From an uncultured Candidatus Micrarchaeota archaeon (GTDB lineage: Archaea > Micrarchaeota > Micrarchaeia > Micrarchaeales > Micrarchaeaceae): a stretch of DNA of 17,238 nucleotides. Of this stretch, positions 1-7,840 are shown one piece after another (position 1 is the first letter of the stretch; the number at the start of each line of letters is the position of its first letter). The notes under the pieces are model-generated. The model made no database searches. It was not told where the DNA came from and was given only the letters and a program-made list of their open reading frames with translations. A program made the translations under genes and the position numbers. The stretch is taken from NCBI GenBank assembly GCA_963741095.1, contig CAVUGN010000003.1:1-17238 (forward strand). The letters are read 5' to 3'.

Positions 1-498
1 GGGAAATGGGCCTACGAGATCGAAAGGGGCGGCGAGCAGATCCTGGCCACCTATGCCGTTCTCCAGCAGATGGGCGACACCGTGATCGTGCAGGCCGGCG
101 AGGAACGCAACGGCTACGCCATCCTGCCCGAGGGAATTGCCCGGCGCGAAGGCCTGAATCCAGGCGACTTCATCCTCAAGACGCCGATACGCGCGGGCGC
201 GAGCTGGCCGCTGGCTGGCGGCACAGCCAAGGTGGTTTCCGTGGGCGAGACCGTGACGTTGCCCGCGGGGAGCTACGCCAATTGCGCTGTCGTCGAGGAG
301 GTTCGTACGAATCCTGACCGCGTCTTGCGAACCATCTATGCCTCGGGCGTCGGACCGATCAGCCTCGAATATCAGGTGAGCAATCCCGAGACGCGGAAAT
401 TCGACGTGGTCCTGCGCGCCCGCCTGCTCGGCTTGACCCGTCCCGGAGAAGATCCCATGGGGAACGATACCACCAGTTCCCCGCCGGCCAAGCCCTGA
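1..498 (+). CDS. Hypothetical protein, C-terminal part (5'-partial; open from base 1), high-GC bacterial type
   Basis: Frame +1 is open from base 1 (GKWAYEIERGGEQILATY...) to TGA 496-498 with strong GC3 bias. Motifs ETVTLPAGSYANC and YASGVGPI resemble the 'TVPAGTF...YAPGVG' beta-rich exported proteins (DUF3108-like); the family call is from memory only. Confidence 0.75.
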   Translation, partial: GKWAYEIERGGEQILATYAVLQQMGDTVIVQAGEERNGYAILPEGIARREGLNPGDFILKTPIRAGASWPLAGGTAKVVSVGETVTLPAGSYANCAVVEEVRTNPDRVLRTIYASGVGPISLEYQVSNPETRKFDVVLRARLLGLTRPGEDPMGNDTTSSPPAKP

Positions 499-509
499 AA
501 GTTCCGAAT

Positions 510-539
510 CGGTGCCAACTCCGAAGTCGGAGCTGACCG
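510..539 (+). terminator. GC-rich inverted repeat after gene 1 (possible terminator or REP-like hairpin)
   Basis: CTCCGA (519-524) / TCGGAG (527-532) is a perfect inverted repeat, with outer CGGT (510-513) / ACCG (536-539). Only a weak T-tract (TTCTT) follows. Confidence 0.35.
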
Positions 540-605
540 TTCTTGTGAACGTCGCCACTGCACCACGTGTGTCGAGCATGCGCGTGACTGGCGTTGGACT
601 ACGGC

Positions 606-611
606 TACAAT
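606..611 (+). promoter_or_regulatory. Putative sigma70 -10 box for a leaderless transcript
   Basis: TACAAT lies 6 nt before ATG 618, the spacing expected for a leaderless bacterial mRNA. No convincing -35 box or Shine-Dalgarno. Confidence 0.35.
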
Positions 612-617
612 GGGGCG

Positions 618-842
618 ATGGAGCGGAAATGGAAGTTGCGTTGGCTCGCGTTGCTGGCGCTGCTGGCGCTGCTGGCGCTCGTTCCCAACGGGCTTGCATA
701 CATTCACGCGCGCGGGATGACCCATTTTGTGGATTCGGGCGCGCGCACGCCGCCGCCCGGGCAGATGTCGCTGCTGGGCAAACTGCACGTGGCCCTGCTT
801 GGCGTGAGCATTCCGCACCCGGTGGTGACGAGGCCCGCTTGA
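618..842 (+). pseudogene. N-terminal fragment of a probable membrane-anchored alpha/beta hydrolase, cut at the junction
   Basis: MERKWKLRWLALLALLALLALVPNGLAYIHARGMTHF...LLGVSIPHP is a basic N-terminus plus hydrophobic anchor, matching my recollection of N-termini of bacterial alpha/beta hydrolases. No catalytic domain follows, and the TGA (840-842) comes from the rmlB codons CTT GAG read in another frame. Confidence 0.55.
652..678 (+). repeat. 9-bp tandem repeat (TGCTGGCGC)x3
   Basis: Perfect copies at 652-660, 661-669 and 670-678. The unit is in frame and encodes the LLA repeats of the signal/TM helix. Confidence 0.85.
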
Positions 843-1470
843 GGCGGTGAGGAAGTATGAAAAAAGGTTCCATCAGGTCTCGACCGACGAGGTTTACGGC
901 TCGCTAGAGTTGGAATCGAAGGATGTTTTCACGGAGAATTCGCCCTACGCGCCCAGGAATCCTTACGCCGCGACCAAAGCGGGTGCGGATCATCTGGTCA
1001 GGGCCTATTACAACACCTATGGGTTGAGGGTGAGCATATCCAATTGCAGCAACAATCTTGGCCCCCATCAGCACAGGGAGAAGTTGATACCCAAATGCAT
1101 AATCAACGCGACCAACAACGTCAAGATACCCGTTTACGCCGCTGGCCTGCAGGTCAGGGATTGGATATACGTTGAGGACCACTGCTCCGCCATCGAATCG
1201 ATACTGATGCACGACACAATTGGCGAGACATACCTGGTGAGCGCGAACCAGGAGAAGCACAACATAGACGTGGTAAAGGAGATTTTGAAGAAGCTCGATA
1301 GGCCCGAATCGCTCATAGAGCACGTCAAGGACAGGCCCGGGCACGATATGCGGTACGCGTTGGATGCAAGCAAGATAAAACGGGATCTTGGGTGGAAGCC
1401 GAAGTACGATTTCAACAGCGGCCTGGATAGGACCATAGCGTGGTACAAGAAGGCGATGGTTGATGGGTAA
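838..1470 (+). CDS. rmlB: dTDP-glucose 4,6-dehydratase, 5'-truncated (NAD-binding N-terminus absent)
   Basis: From 838 it reads LEAVRKYEKRFHQVSTDEVYG...YAATK...SNCSNNLGP.Q..EKLIP...RDWIYVEDH...DRPGHD.RY, the canonical RmlB motifs. The GGAGFIG Rossmann motif is missing because homology stops at about 837. Confidence 0.92.
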   Translation, partial: LEAVRKYEKRFHQVSTDEVYGSLELESKDVFTENSPYAPRNPYAATKAGADHLVRAYYNTYGLRVSISNCSNNLGPHQHREKLIPKCIINATNNVKIPVYAAGLQVRDWIYVEDHCSAIESILMHDTIGETYLVSANQEKHNIDVVKEILKKLDRPESLIEHVKDRPGHDMRYALDASKIKRDLGWKPKYDFNSGLDRTIAWYKKAMVDG

Positions 1471-2683
1471 ACCCACATGCAAGGTGTGCGGGAGCGAAGG
1501 CCTTCACAAGGTCCTGGACCTGGGAGTCATGCCGAGTGCAAACGACCTGGTGGAGAAAAAAGATCTGCCGACGGTCAAGAGCTATCCCCTGGTTTACTAC
1601 TGGTGCGACAATTGCACCTTCTTCCAGCAGGTTGACATGGTCAGCAGGACGACGCTTTTCGAGGGCAACTATGCTTATTCTACGGGCGCGAGCCCGCCTG
1701 CGATAGAGCACTTTAAGGAGCTCTCTTTGGAGATGGGAAGAAGAGCCAGCCACAAGAATTTTGCGGTGGTCATAGCGTCGAACGATGGCACCGAGATAGA
1801 TCTGTTAAAAAAGTTCGGTGGTTTCGAAAAGGTGCTAGGAGTGGAAGCCACAAACCTCGCGAAGGTCGCGAACGAGAGGGGATTGCCGACGATAAACGCG
1901 TTTTTCGGAGAGGAGCTGAGCAGGCAGATTGTTGATGAACACGGCAATGCTGATCTGGTCACGGCGAACAACGTCTTCGCGCACATCCCGGACCCGCAGG
2001 ACATGCTCCGGGGGATGAAGAACCTGATAAACGACGAGGGGATGATATCGATAGAGGTGCACTGGCTGAAGAGGCTCATCGAGGATATGCAGATAGACGC
2101 CCTGTACGCAGAGCACTATTATGTCTGGGACATAAAGGCGTTCGAGAGGATTTCCGAGGACTGCGGATTGAAGATAGTCGACATCGAGTATCTCCCGAAC
2201 CGTCTGGGTGGTTCCATAAGGGTCATGCTGAAGAAGCATGGGAAATCGAAGGCGGCAAGCCGATTCATCCTGGAGGAGGAGAAGGCCGGTTTGTACGATA
2301 TCGAAGAGATAGATAAACTCCAGAAGCGTTCGGATGATAGGAGGGACCGCTTCGTCAGCCTGATAAAAGAGCTGAAGAGGCAGAACAAGAAAGTCTCAGT
2401 ATGGACCGTCCCGGCGAAGATAGCGACCTGGCTCAACTTCTGCGGGATATCGGACAAGGAGATAGACTACGGCTATGATTCCACGGGATACAAAATAGGC
2501 AGGTACATACCGAAGGCGAACATATTAGTGAAGGATGAAACGAGGATAGCGGAGGACATGCCGGACTACCTGATCGTCGGTGCCTGGAACTACATAGATT
2601 TCGGAAGGGAGAAGCTCAGGTGGTACCTCGAAAAGGGGGGCAAATTCATAAACCCGTTGACCTGCGAGGTAATAGGCGCATGA
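1463..2683 (+). CDS. NDP-hexose C-methyltransferase (TcaB9/NovU/EryBIII-like, zinc-binding class I SAM methyltransferase)
   Basis: CKVC (1478-1489) and CDNC (1604-1615) zinc site, LDLGVMPSAN, IASNDGT SAM motif, NNVFAHIPD, YAEH (cf. YDEH) and C-terminal PAK and GAWNY motifs. ATG 1463 overlaps the rmlB stop. Confidence 0.88.
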   Translation: MGKPTCKVCGSEGLHKVLDLGVMPSANDLVEKKDLPTVKSYPLVYYWCDNCTFFQQVDMVSRTTLFEGNYAYSTGASPPAIEHFKELSLEMGRRASHKNFAVVIASNDGTEIDLLKKFGGFEKVLGVEATNLAKVANERGLPTINAFFGEELSRQIVDEHGNADLVTANNVFAHIPDPQDMLRGMKNLINDEGMISIEVHWLKRLIEDMQIDALYAEHYYVWDIKAFERISEDCGLKIVDIEYLPNRLGGSIRVMLKKHGKSKAASRFILEEEKAGLYDIEEIDKLQKRSDDRRDRFVSLIKELKRQNKKVSVWTVPAKIATWLNFCGISDKEIDYGYDSTGYKIGRYIPKANILVKDETRIAEDMPDYLIVGAWNYIDFGREKLRWYLEKGGKFINPLTCEVIGA

Positions 2684-2710
2684 AGCGCGCAGAGGCTATC
2701 GATGATTGTT

Positions 2711-3700
2711 TTACTTCGAGGAATTCTGGGGGATTTGCCATCCTGTTGAATCTTTCTTGGCGCTTCTGTAGGTGCCGTATCCCTTGAAGATCGCCTTTAT
2801 CGATACGCCCAAGCGCCAGAGCGCCCTGTCCTTGAATCTGAGGTTTGATATCCCGATCCCGTCGCCGCCAACGGCGAAGATGGAATTCCCCAGTTCGTAT
2901 ATCGCCAGAACGCCTATCCTCTGTATCCAGTTGTAATGCTTGAATGCGAAGTACGCGTAACTGGCCTGCCAGCGCGGAAACATCACGTCCTTGCCGCCCT
3001 TCTTCTGCATGCTTTTTGTGGAAAGGCGCGCGAGATGGGTGATTGAGACCCTGCCATCGTACATGACCTTGAATCCAGCTTTTTTTGCCACCAGGCAATA
3101 GTCCATGTCCTCTGCGATTTGGTAGAGGTGCTCATCGAGAAGCCCTATCTTTTCGATCACGCTCCTTTTTATCAGGCATGCCACCGCTCCGACTATGTCG
3201 ACCTCTCTTATGCGCTTGTCGTCATCCCTCTTGCCGGGTCTGATAACCACGCCGAAGTCCGCCCAGGTGCCCTGTATGCTTCCGTCGGGTTCGAGGTATT
3301 TGCACCCCACAATGCCTATGTCGTCTTTCGATTCCGCAGTTTCTACGAGCCTGGCCAGCCACTTCCTGTCCGTTATCAGTATGTCGTTATTCAGGACAAG
3401 TATGTAGTCCGGATCGTATTCGCTGAGCGCATATTTTATCCCGTTGTTGGTGTTTTTTGCAAGACCCCCGTTGGGCCTGTTTACCACAAAATCCACATCT
3501 TTAAAACGGCCTGCAACTTCCTTGCTGCGGTCTTGGGAGGAGTCGTCTGCCACTATTATCTTGAGATTGTTGTAGTCGGTTTTCCCTAACGAAGAGAGGC
3601 TGAGCTCAAGGATGTTCTTGCCCTTGTAAAAGATCGTTGCGCCGTCGTAATTCGACATTATGGCTACGACGGAGGGTTTTTTTGATTTGTTTTTTGCCAT
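2711..3700 (-). CDS. Glycosyltransferase family 2 (WbbL-like)
   Basis: VADDSSQD, LVLNND (DxD-equivalent), GAVACLIKRSVIEKIGLLDE and EDMDYC motifs. Confidence 0.88.
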   Translation of the reverse strand: MAKNKSKKPSVVAIMSNYDGATIFYKGKNILELSLSSLGKTDYNNLKIIVADDSSQDRSKEVAGRFKDVDFVVNRPNGGLAKNTNNGIKYALSEYDPDYILVLNNDILITDRKWLARLVETAESKDDIGIVGCKYLEPDGSIQGTWADFGVVIRPGKRDDDKRIREVDIVGAVACLIKRSVIEKIGLLDEHLYQIAEDMDYCLVAKKAGFKVMYDGRVSITHLARLSTKSMQKKGGKDVMFPRWQASYAYFAFKHYNWIQRIGVLAIYELGNSIFAVGGDGIGISNLRFKDRALWRLGVSIKAIFKGYGTYRSAKKDSTGWQIPQNSSK

Positions 3701-3727
3701 CTTGATCCATCTCTTAGGTTGTTTCTT

Positions 3728-4693
3728 TTAGTCGGCCACAGTCTCGGGTTTGCTAGGGATTCGCCATCTTCTGATTATGCTCTTGTCCGTAGAAAGCTTG
3801 TAGTTAAAATAGGCGAGATTTGCGATGTCACGCAGTAATCTTGCATTCCCGGTACCTGCGCTTTTACCAATGTAACAGCCCAGCCTGAAATCGATGAAGC
3901 GGTAATTGTATTTTTGCGTGATGTTCAGGCACAGGTCGCAGTCTTCGTATCCGTTTATGTAGGTCTCGTCGAAGAGCTTCCCCTTCATGCCCTCGACAAA
4001 TTTTCGGCTGAACACTGCGCACATGAGGTTTCCGCAGGATTCGATTTTGTCCTTGAGTGCTATGCGGGACAGGATGTTGTGGTTGTTAAGTCCCCCAAAG
4101 GCAAAATAATTTATTTTGAATTTCTCAAAAAGCAGGAGGTAGTGCCTCTTTGTGTAGTCGGTCTGAAGGCGCGCGACTATCCCGAACAGGATCGGGTCGG
4201 GCCTTACGAAATAGCCATAAAGGCTGAACCCGTAGAGAGCGTCGTGCTCCTTTCCGTGGTTTTTACGGAACAGCACGTCGACCTTGTCCCTGTCGAAGGC
4301 GGCCAGCTCTTTCCTGAGCACTTCGATGTTGTCTATTTTGTACACGTCGTCGTTGGACAGTATTATCCAATCGGGCTTGTATTTTTTAAGGGCGTACTTG
4401 ATTCCGGAGTTTGCGCTCGTTGAGAAATTGAAATAAGGGCCGCTGCTCTCGACAAAAATTATCTTGAGCCCTTTGTAGACTTTCTTTGCCCCTTTGGAAT
4501 AGGCGTTGTTGCGGTTTGCCGTAGGGATCACAACGCAGATGTCTGCCGAGCCTTCCGTTTCGTAGATCTTGATCGGCGCCCTGGGCCTGCTCTTCATCCA
4601 TTTGATCAATTCTGTGTTGCTGTTGAAATGATTGTAGAATTCGAGTATCTTGGCTGGGTCGTCGCTCTTCAGCAGGTTATCCAATTCGCCCAT
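3728..4693 (-). CDS. Glycosyltransferase family 2-like protein with an N-terminal extension
   Basis: VVIPT, NFSTSANSG, ILSNDD and FDETYINGYEDCDL GT-A fold motifs. Same orientation as, and close to, the neighbouring GT genes. Confidence 0.75.
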   Translation of the reverse strand: MGELDNLLKSDDPAKILEFYNHFNSNTELIKWMKSRPRAPIKIYETEGSADICVVIPTANRNNAYSKGAKKVYKGLKIIFVESSGPYFNFSTSANSGIKYALKKYKPDWIILSNDDVYKIDNIEVLRKELAAFDRDKVDVLFRKNHGKEHDALYGFSLYGYFVRPDPILFGIVARLQTDYTKRHYLLLFEKFKINYFAFGGLNNHNILSRIALKDKIESCGNLMCAVFSRKFVEGMKGKLFDETYINGYEDCDLCLNITQKYNYRFIDFRLGCYIGKSAGTGNARLLRDIANLAYFNYKLSTDKSIIRRWRIPSKPETVAD

Positions 4694-4697
4694 TCGA

Positions 4698-5726
4698 TCA
4701 TTCCTTGAGATGCTCGTTCTCTAGCCGCGCATAAGCCGCCTTGAACTCGGCCAGTTTTGTGCTTGCTTTGTACGGCCTTGAGGCTTCCCTGAACTTTTTC
4801 CTCAGCTCCAGCCGCTTTTCTCTTGGTAGACTTAGATAATCGTCCATCCTCTTTGCCAGCGCCTTCGCATCCAGCGGGAGCACGAACGAGTTGTCCGCTT
4901 TTGCCACGATGGTCTTTGTGCCGGTCTGCTCGGACACGATGGTAGGGATGCCCGCCTGCATCGTTTCTATTGTGGCCAGGGGGAACGTGTCTCCTCTACC
5001 CATGACCACCGAGAGCGCCTTGTCCCTGAACACCCCGATGAACTCCTCGTCGGTCTTCTTGAAGCCGGTCAGGACCACTTTTTCATGCTTTATGCTGCTG
5101 TCTCCGGTCACGTACAGCCGCATATCCGGGTACTTCTCTGCTAGCATTTCCATCGCTTCTAGGAGCAGGTCGATGCCCTTGTATTTCAATCGATCCGCTC
5201 TCAAATGCCCGACGAAGAGGATGTCGTGATTGTCCTTGTAATCATCAATTCCGAGGTTCATTAGCAGGTTGTAAAACCCGTCCGGGGTGCTCGGCTCTGT
5301 TGCAAGAGTCGGTACGTCCATCCCGACCCCCTTTACCAGTTCGCTCCAGTCGCCGTCCATGACAAAGGCGTCCACGTCCTTTATGAACAGGGCATGCACC
5401 CAATCGAACAGGGTGCGTTTTGAGTCGTGATTCAGGTTGTAGAGCACCGGATCCGCAACAAGGTCCACGATTTTTGCCTTCTTGTCTATCCTGCCGAGTT
5501 TCTTTGCCAAGACAGGCACGATGAAGACGGTCTCGGAGAAGTACACATCGTAGCCCTTGGGCAGTGTCAGCGCACTTTTGATGGTGTTGACGATCTTGTC
5601 GATGTTGGACGCGTCATACCCTCCCTTGTTGACGTTCGAATTGAAAAAATCCGCGCCTATGGCCTTCGCCTCGGCTTCGTGGCCTGGTGTTGCCTGCTGC
5701 GCACCAGTTATGAACAGGGTTTTCAT
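4698..5726 (-). CDS. Glycosyltransferase family 4 (GT-B)
   Basis: ILFVGHL...KGIDLLLEA and DTFPLATIETMQAGIPTIVS (D-x7-E variant of the E-x7-E motif). Confidence 0.85.
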   Translation of the reverse strand: MKTLFITGAQQATPGHEAEAKAIGADFFNSNVNKGGYDASNIDKIVNTIKSALTLPKGYDVYFSETVFIVPVLAKKLGRIDKKAKIVDLVADPVLYNLNHDSKRTLFDWVHALFIKDVDAFVMDGDWSELVKGVGMDVPTLATEPSTPDGFYNLLMNLGIDDYKDNHDILFVGHLRADRLKYKGIDLLLEAMEMLAEKYPDMRLYVTGDSSIKHEKVVLTGFKKTDEEFIGVFRDKALSVVMGRGDTFPLATIETMQAGIPTIVSEQTGTKTIVAKADNSFVLPLDAKALAKRMDDYLSLPREKRLELRKKFREASRPYKASTKLAEFKAAYARLENEHLKE

Positions 5727-5727
5727 G

Positions 5728-6687
5728 CTAGCTCGTCTTTTTTTGTTCTGACAGGGTCCATCTGACGCAGTCCCTCAGGGTCTCCTTGCTCGTCCTTGTG
5801 GGTTTCCATCCGCACGCTTCGAGCTTGGCCACGTCAGGGAAGACCATGGCGTTGTCCCCTTTCCATCCGACAGGCTCATCGGCATAGACCACCTTTGTCT
5901 TGCTCATCCCCGACTCCTCGATGATTATCTTTATCATGTCCTTGACCGTTGCGGTGTCTTTGTTCGCTATGTTGAACCTGTCCACGCTGCCTTTCCTGTT
6001 TTTCAGGCTGACCAGCATGCCCTCGACGCAGTCTTTCACATGAAGGTATGAGCGCACCTGAGTCCCGTTCCCCAGGACGTGCAGTTCGTTTGGGTTCTCG
6101 CGCAGCCTTTGCACCAATTCCCAGATAGAGCCGTTGCGCGAGCGCGGGCCGAGAATCCTGCCGAACCTATCGATCAGGACGTTTATCCCGAACAGTCCGG
6201 CATAGGCCTCGCACCACCTCTCGCTGTTGTATTTCGCCGTGCCGTAGAATGACGGATCGGGACCTACGAAATCCTCCGGAGTCGGCACGACCTTCGCTTG
6301 GCCGTAGAGGGTTGTCGAGGCCGGCATCACGAATAGCGGGATGTCGTTTTTCCTTGCGATCTCCAGCGCAGCCAGAGTGCCCCCTTCGGTCTGCTCTAGG
6401 TATATCTTGTAATCGAACAGCTTGTCCCGCCTTATCGGATAGGCGGCCATGTGGAAGATTATATCGATTCCTTCGAATTTCCTGTTCTCGCAGTCTTTGA
6501 GATCCGCTTTTATCATGCTGAACTTTGGATTTTTCTGCGCTTCGATTAGATTGGGAGCACACCCGCTGATCAGGTTGTCTATGCATCCAACCTCGTGCCC
6601 ATCGGCAAGGAGCTTATCCACCAGATGGCTTCCTATAAAGCCCGCCCCTCCGGTGACGAGTACTTTCAGTTTTTTAGGATGATCCAT
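5728..6687 (-). CDS. NAD-dependent sugar epimerase/dehydratase (GalE-like extended SDR)
   Basis: [19 protein letters not shown] (YxxxK) and [15 protein letters not shown]. The GWKGD segment resembles archaeal UDP-glucose 4-epimerase-like proteins. 1-nt gap to the downstream GT4. Confidence 0.88.
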   Translation of the reverse strand: MDHPKKLKVLVTGGAGFIGSHLVDKLLADGHEVGCIDNLISGCAPNLIEAQKNPKFSMIKADLKDCENRKFEGIDIIFHMAAYPIRRDKLFDYKIYLEQTEGGTLAALEIARKNDIPLFVMPASTTLYGQAKVVPTPEDFVGPDPSFYGTAKYNSERWCEAYAGLFGINVLIDRFGRILGPRSRNGSIWELVQRLRENPNELHVLGNGTQVRSYLHVKDCVEGMLVSLKNRKGSVDRFNIANKDTATVKDMIKIIIEESGMSKTKVVYADEPVGWKGDNAMVFPDVAKLEACGWKPTRTSKETLRDCVRWTLSEQKKTS

Positions 6688-6699
6688 AGAATCTCCACA

Positions 6700-6850
6700 T
6701 TGAAATGCTACTTTAATATTATTATCAGAGATAACTTAAAAATGTTGCTTCGGGATGGCAGAATGGTAACGGAAACGGGGGATATTGACGGAAGGATTAT
6801 AAACCGCCCGTCGTATAGATATTGACCCAGAATGAATAGTCTGTATCCTG
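6700..6850. promoter_or_regulatory. Divergent promoter region between the SDR and GT2 genes
   Basis: AT-rich TTTAATATTATT at 6712-6723 (reads AATATTAAAG on the minus strand, about 25-35 nt before ATG 6687) and TTATAAA at 6797-6803 on the plus strand. Confidence 0.5.
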
Positions 6851-6869
6851 TTTATGCCCGGATGGTGAG

Positions 6870-7793
6870 ATGGACAAACGCAATGATGTGTGCGCCGTTG
6901 TAGTTACATTCAATCCGGATGTAATTAGGTTCAAGAACCTGATTGAAAGCGCAGGCAAGCAGGTTAAGAGAATTGTGGTCGTGGACAACGGTTCCAGGAA
7001 CATAGGGGACATAAAAAGGATACTGCTCCACGGCAAAGCGAAATTGATAACGCTGAACAAGAACTTTGGGCAGCCCAAGGCCCTGAATGAGGGAGGCAAC
7101 GAGGCGATAAAACAGCATTCGAAATGGATATTGATATTGGATGACGACACCATCCTGTACAAGAATGCCGTTAATGATATTCTGGCCAGGTACGAAAGGC
7201 TGCCGGAGGGGGTGAAGGAGAGGGTCGGGTTGCTCGCCATGGCGGTTGAACCTACTGACACAAACAAGCACACGGCGGTGCTGGCCGAGGATCCCGAATT
7301 CATTTCCAGGAAATCCGTGATAACGAGCGGAAATTTGATCAAATGCTCAGTTTTTGAGCGCGTCAAGTTCAGGGAGGACTTCTTTATAGACCAGGTGGAC
7401 ACCGAGTTTGACATTAGATTGAGAAGCTTTGGCTACAGCATAATCGAGTACAATAAAAAATTGATAACTCAGAGGTATGGACGGCAGGTCATGGTCAGGG
7501 GCAAGGCGGTGAACTACTACAATGCGATGCGGATGTACTACATAACTAGAAATTCGGCCTACATGCTTTTCCATAATCAGCTTACGATCACCGAAGTTGT
7601 CAGGAACTTTCTGGTGGTGTACAGCAGATTCGTAAGGGTCAACGGCATAAAGAACAGCATCAACCCATGCGCCAGGATCCTTTTCAGAGGGATAAAAGAC
7701 GCGGCATGCTCGAATCTGGGCGAGGCAAAGTTGCAGTGGAAATTTCCAAACGTGCTTGAGAGCGTGCATCTGCGCAATTCTACAGATTCGTGA
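6870..7793 (+). CDS. Glycosyltransferase family 2, RfbF-like (putative rhamnosyl/deoxyhexosyl transferase)
   Basis: AVVVTFNPD, VVDNGS, ALNEG, LILDDD, ITSGNLI, FREDFFIDQVDTE and R.YYITRN follow the RfbF-family pattern. Confidence 0.88.
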   Translation: MDKRNDVCAVVVTFNPDVIRFKNLIESAGKQVKRIVVVDNGSRNIGDIKRILLHGKAKLITLNKNFGQPKALNEGGNEAIKQHSKWILILDDDTILYKNAVNDILARYERLPEGVKERVGLLAMAVEPTDTNKHTAVLAEDPEFISRKSVITSGNLIKCSVFERVKFREDFFIDQVDTEFDIRLRSFGYSIIEYNKKLITQRYGRQVMVRGKAVNYYNAMRMYYITRNSAYMLFHNQLTITEVVRNFLVVYSRFVRVNGIKNSINPCARILFRGIKDAACSNLGEAKLQWKFPNVLESVHLRNSTDS

Positions 7794-7818
7794 ACCGTTG
7801 CCCGGGTGCTACTGAAGC

Positions 7819-7835
7819 AAAAAATATTAAATATT
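7819..7835 (+). promoter_or_regulatory. Putative archaeal BRE/TATA box
   Basis: AAAAAA followed by TATTAAATA, about 26-34 nt before the in-frame ATG 7859. Confidence 0.45.
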
Positions 7836-7840
7836 GATGG

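Noticed and set aside
820-860. Mobile element or integration site at the junction
   Set aside because: No transposase, integrase, terminal inverted repeat, target-site duplication or tRNA is visible.
847-1470. GTG 847 as the genuine start of a short 207-aa RmlB
   Set aside because: Homology continues upstream (LEA from 838) and the NAD-binding fold is missing, so the GTG is an internal Val.
6822-6849. Sigma70-like TTGACC-16 nt-TATCCT upstream of the RfbF-like gene
   Set aside because: Suboptimal spacing and match in an otherwise archaeal-style context; chance is likely.
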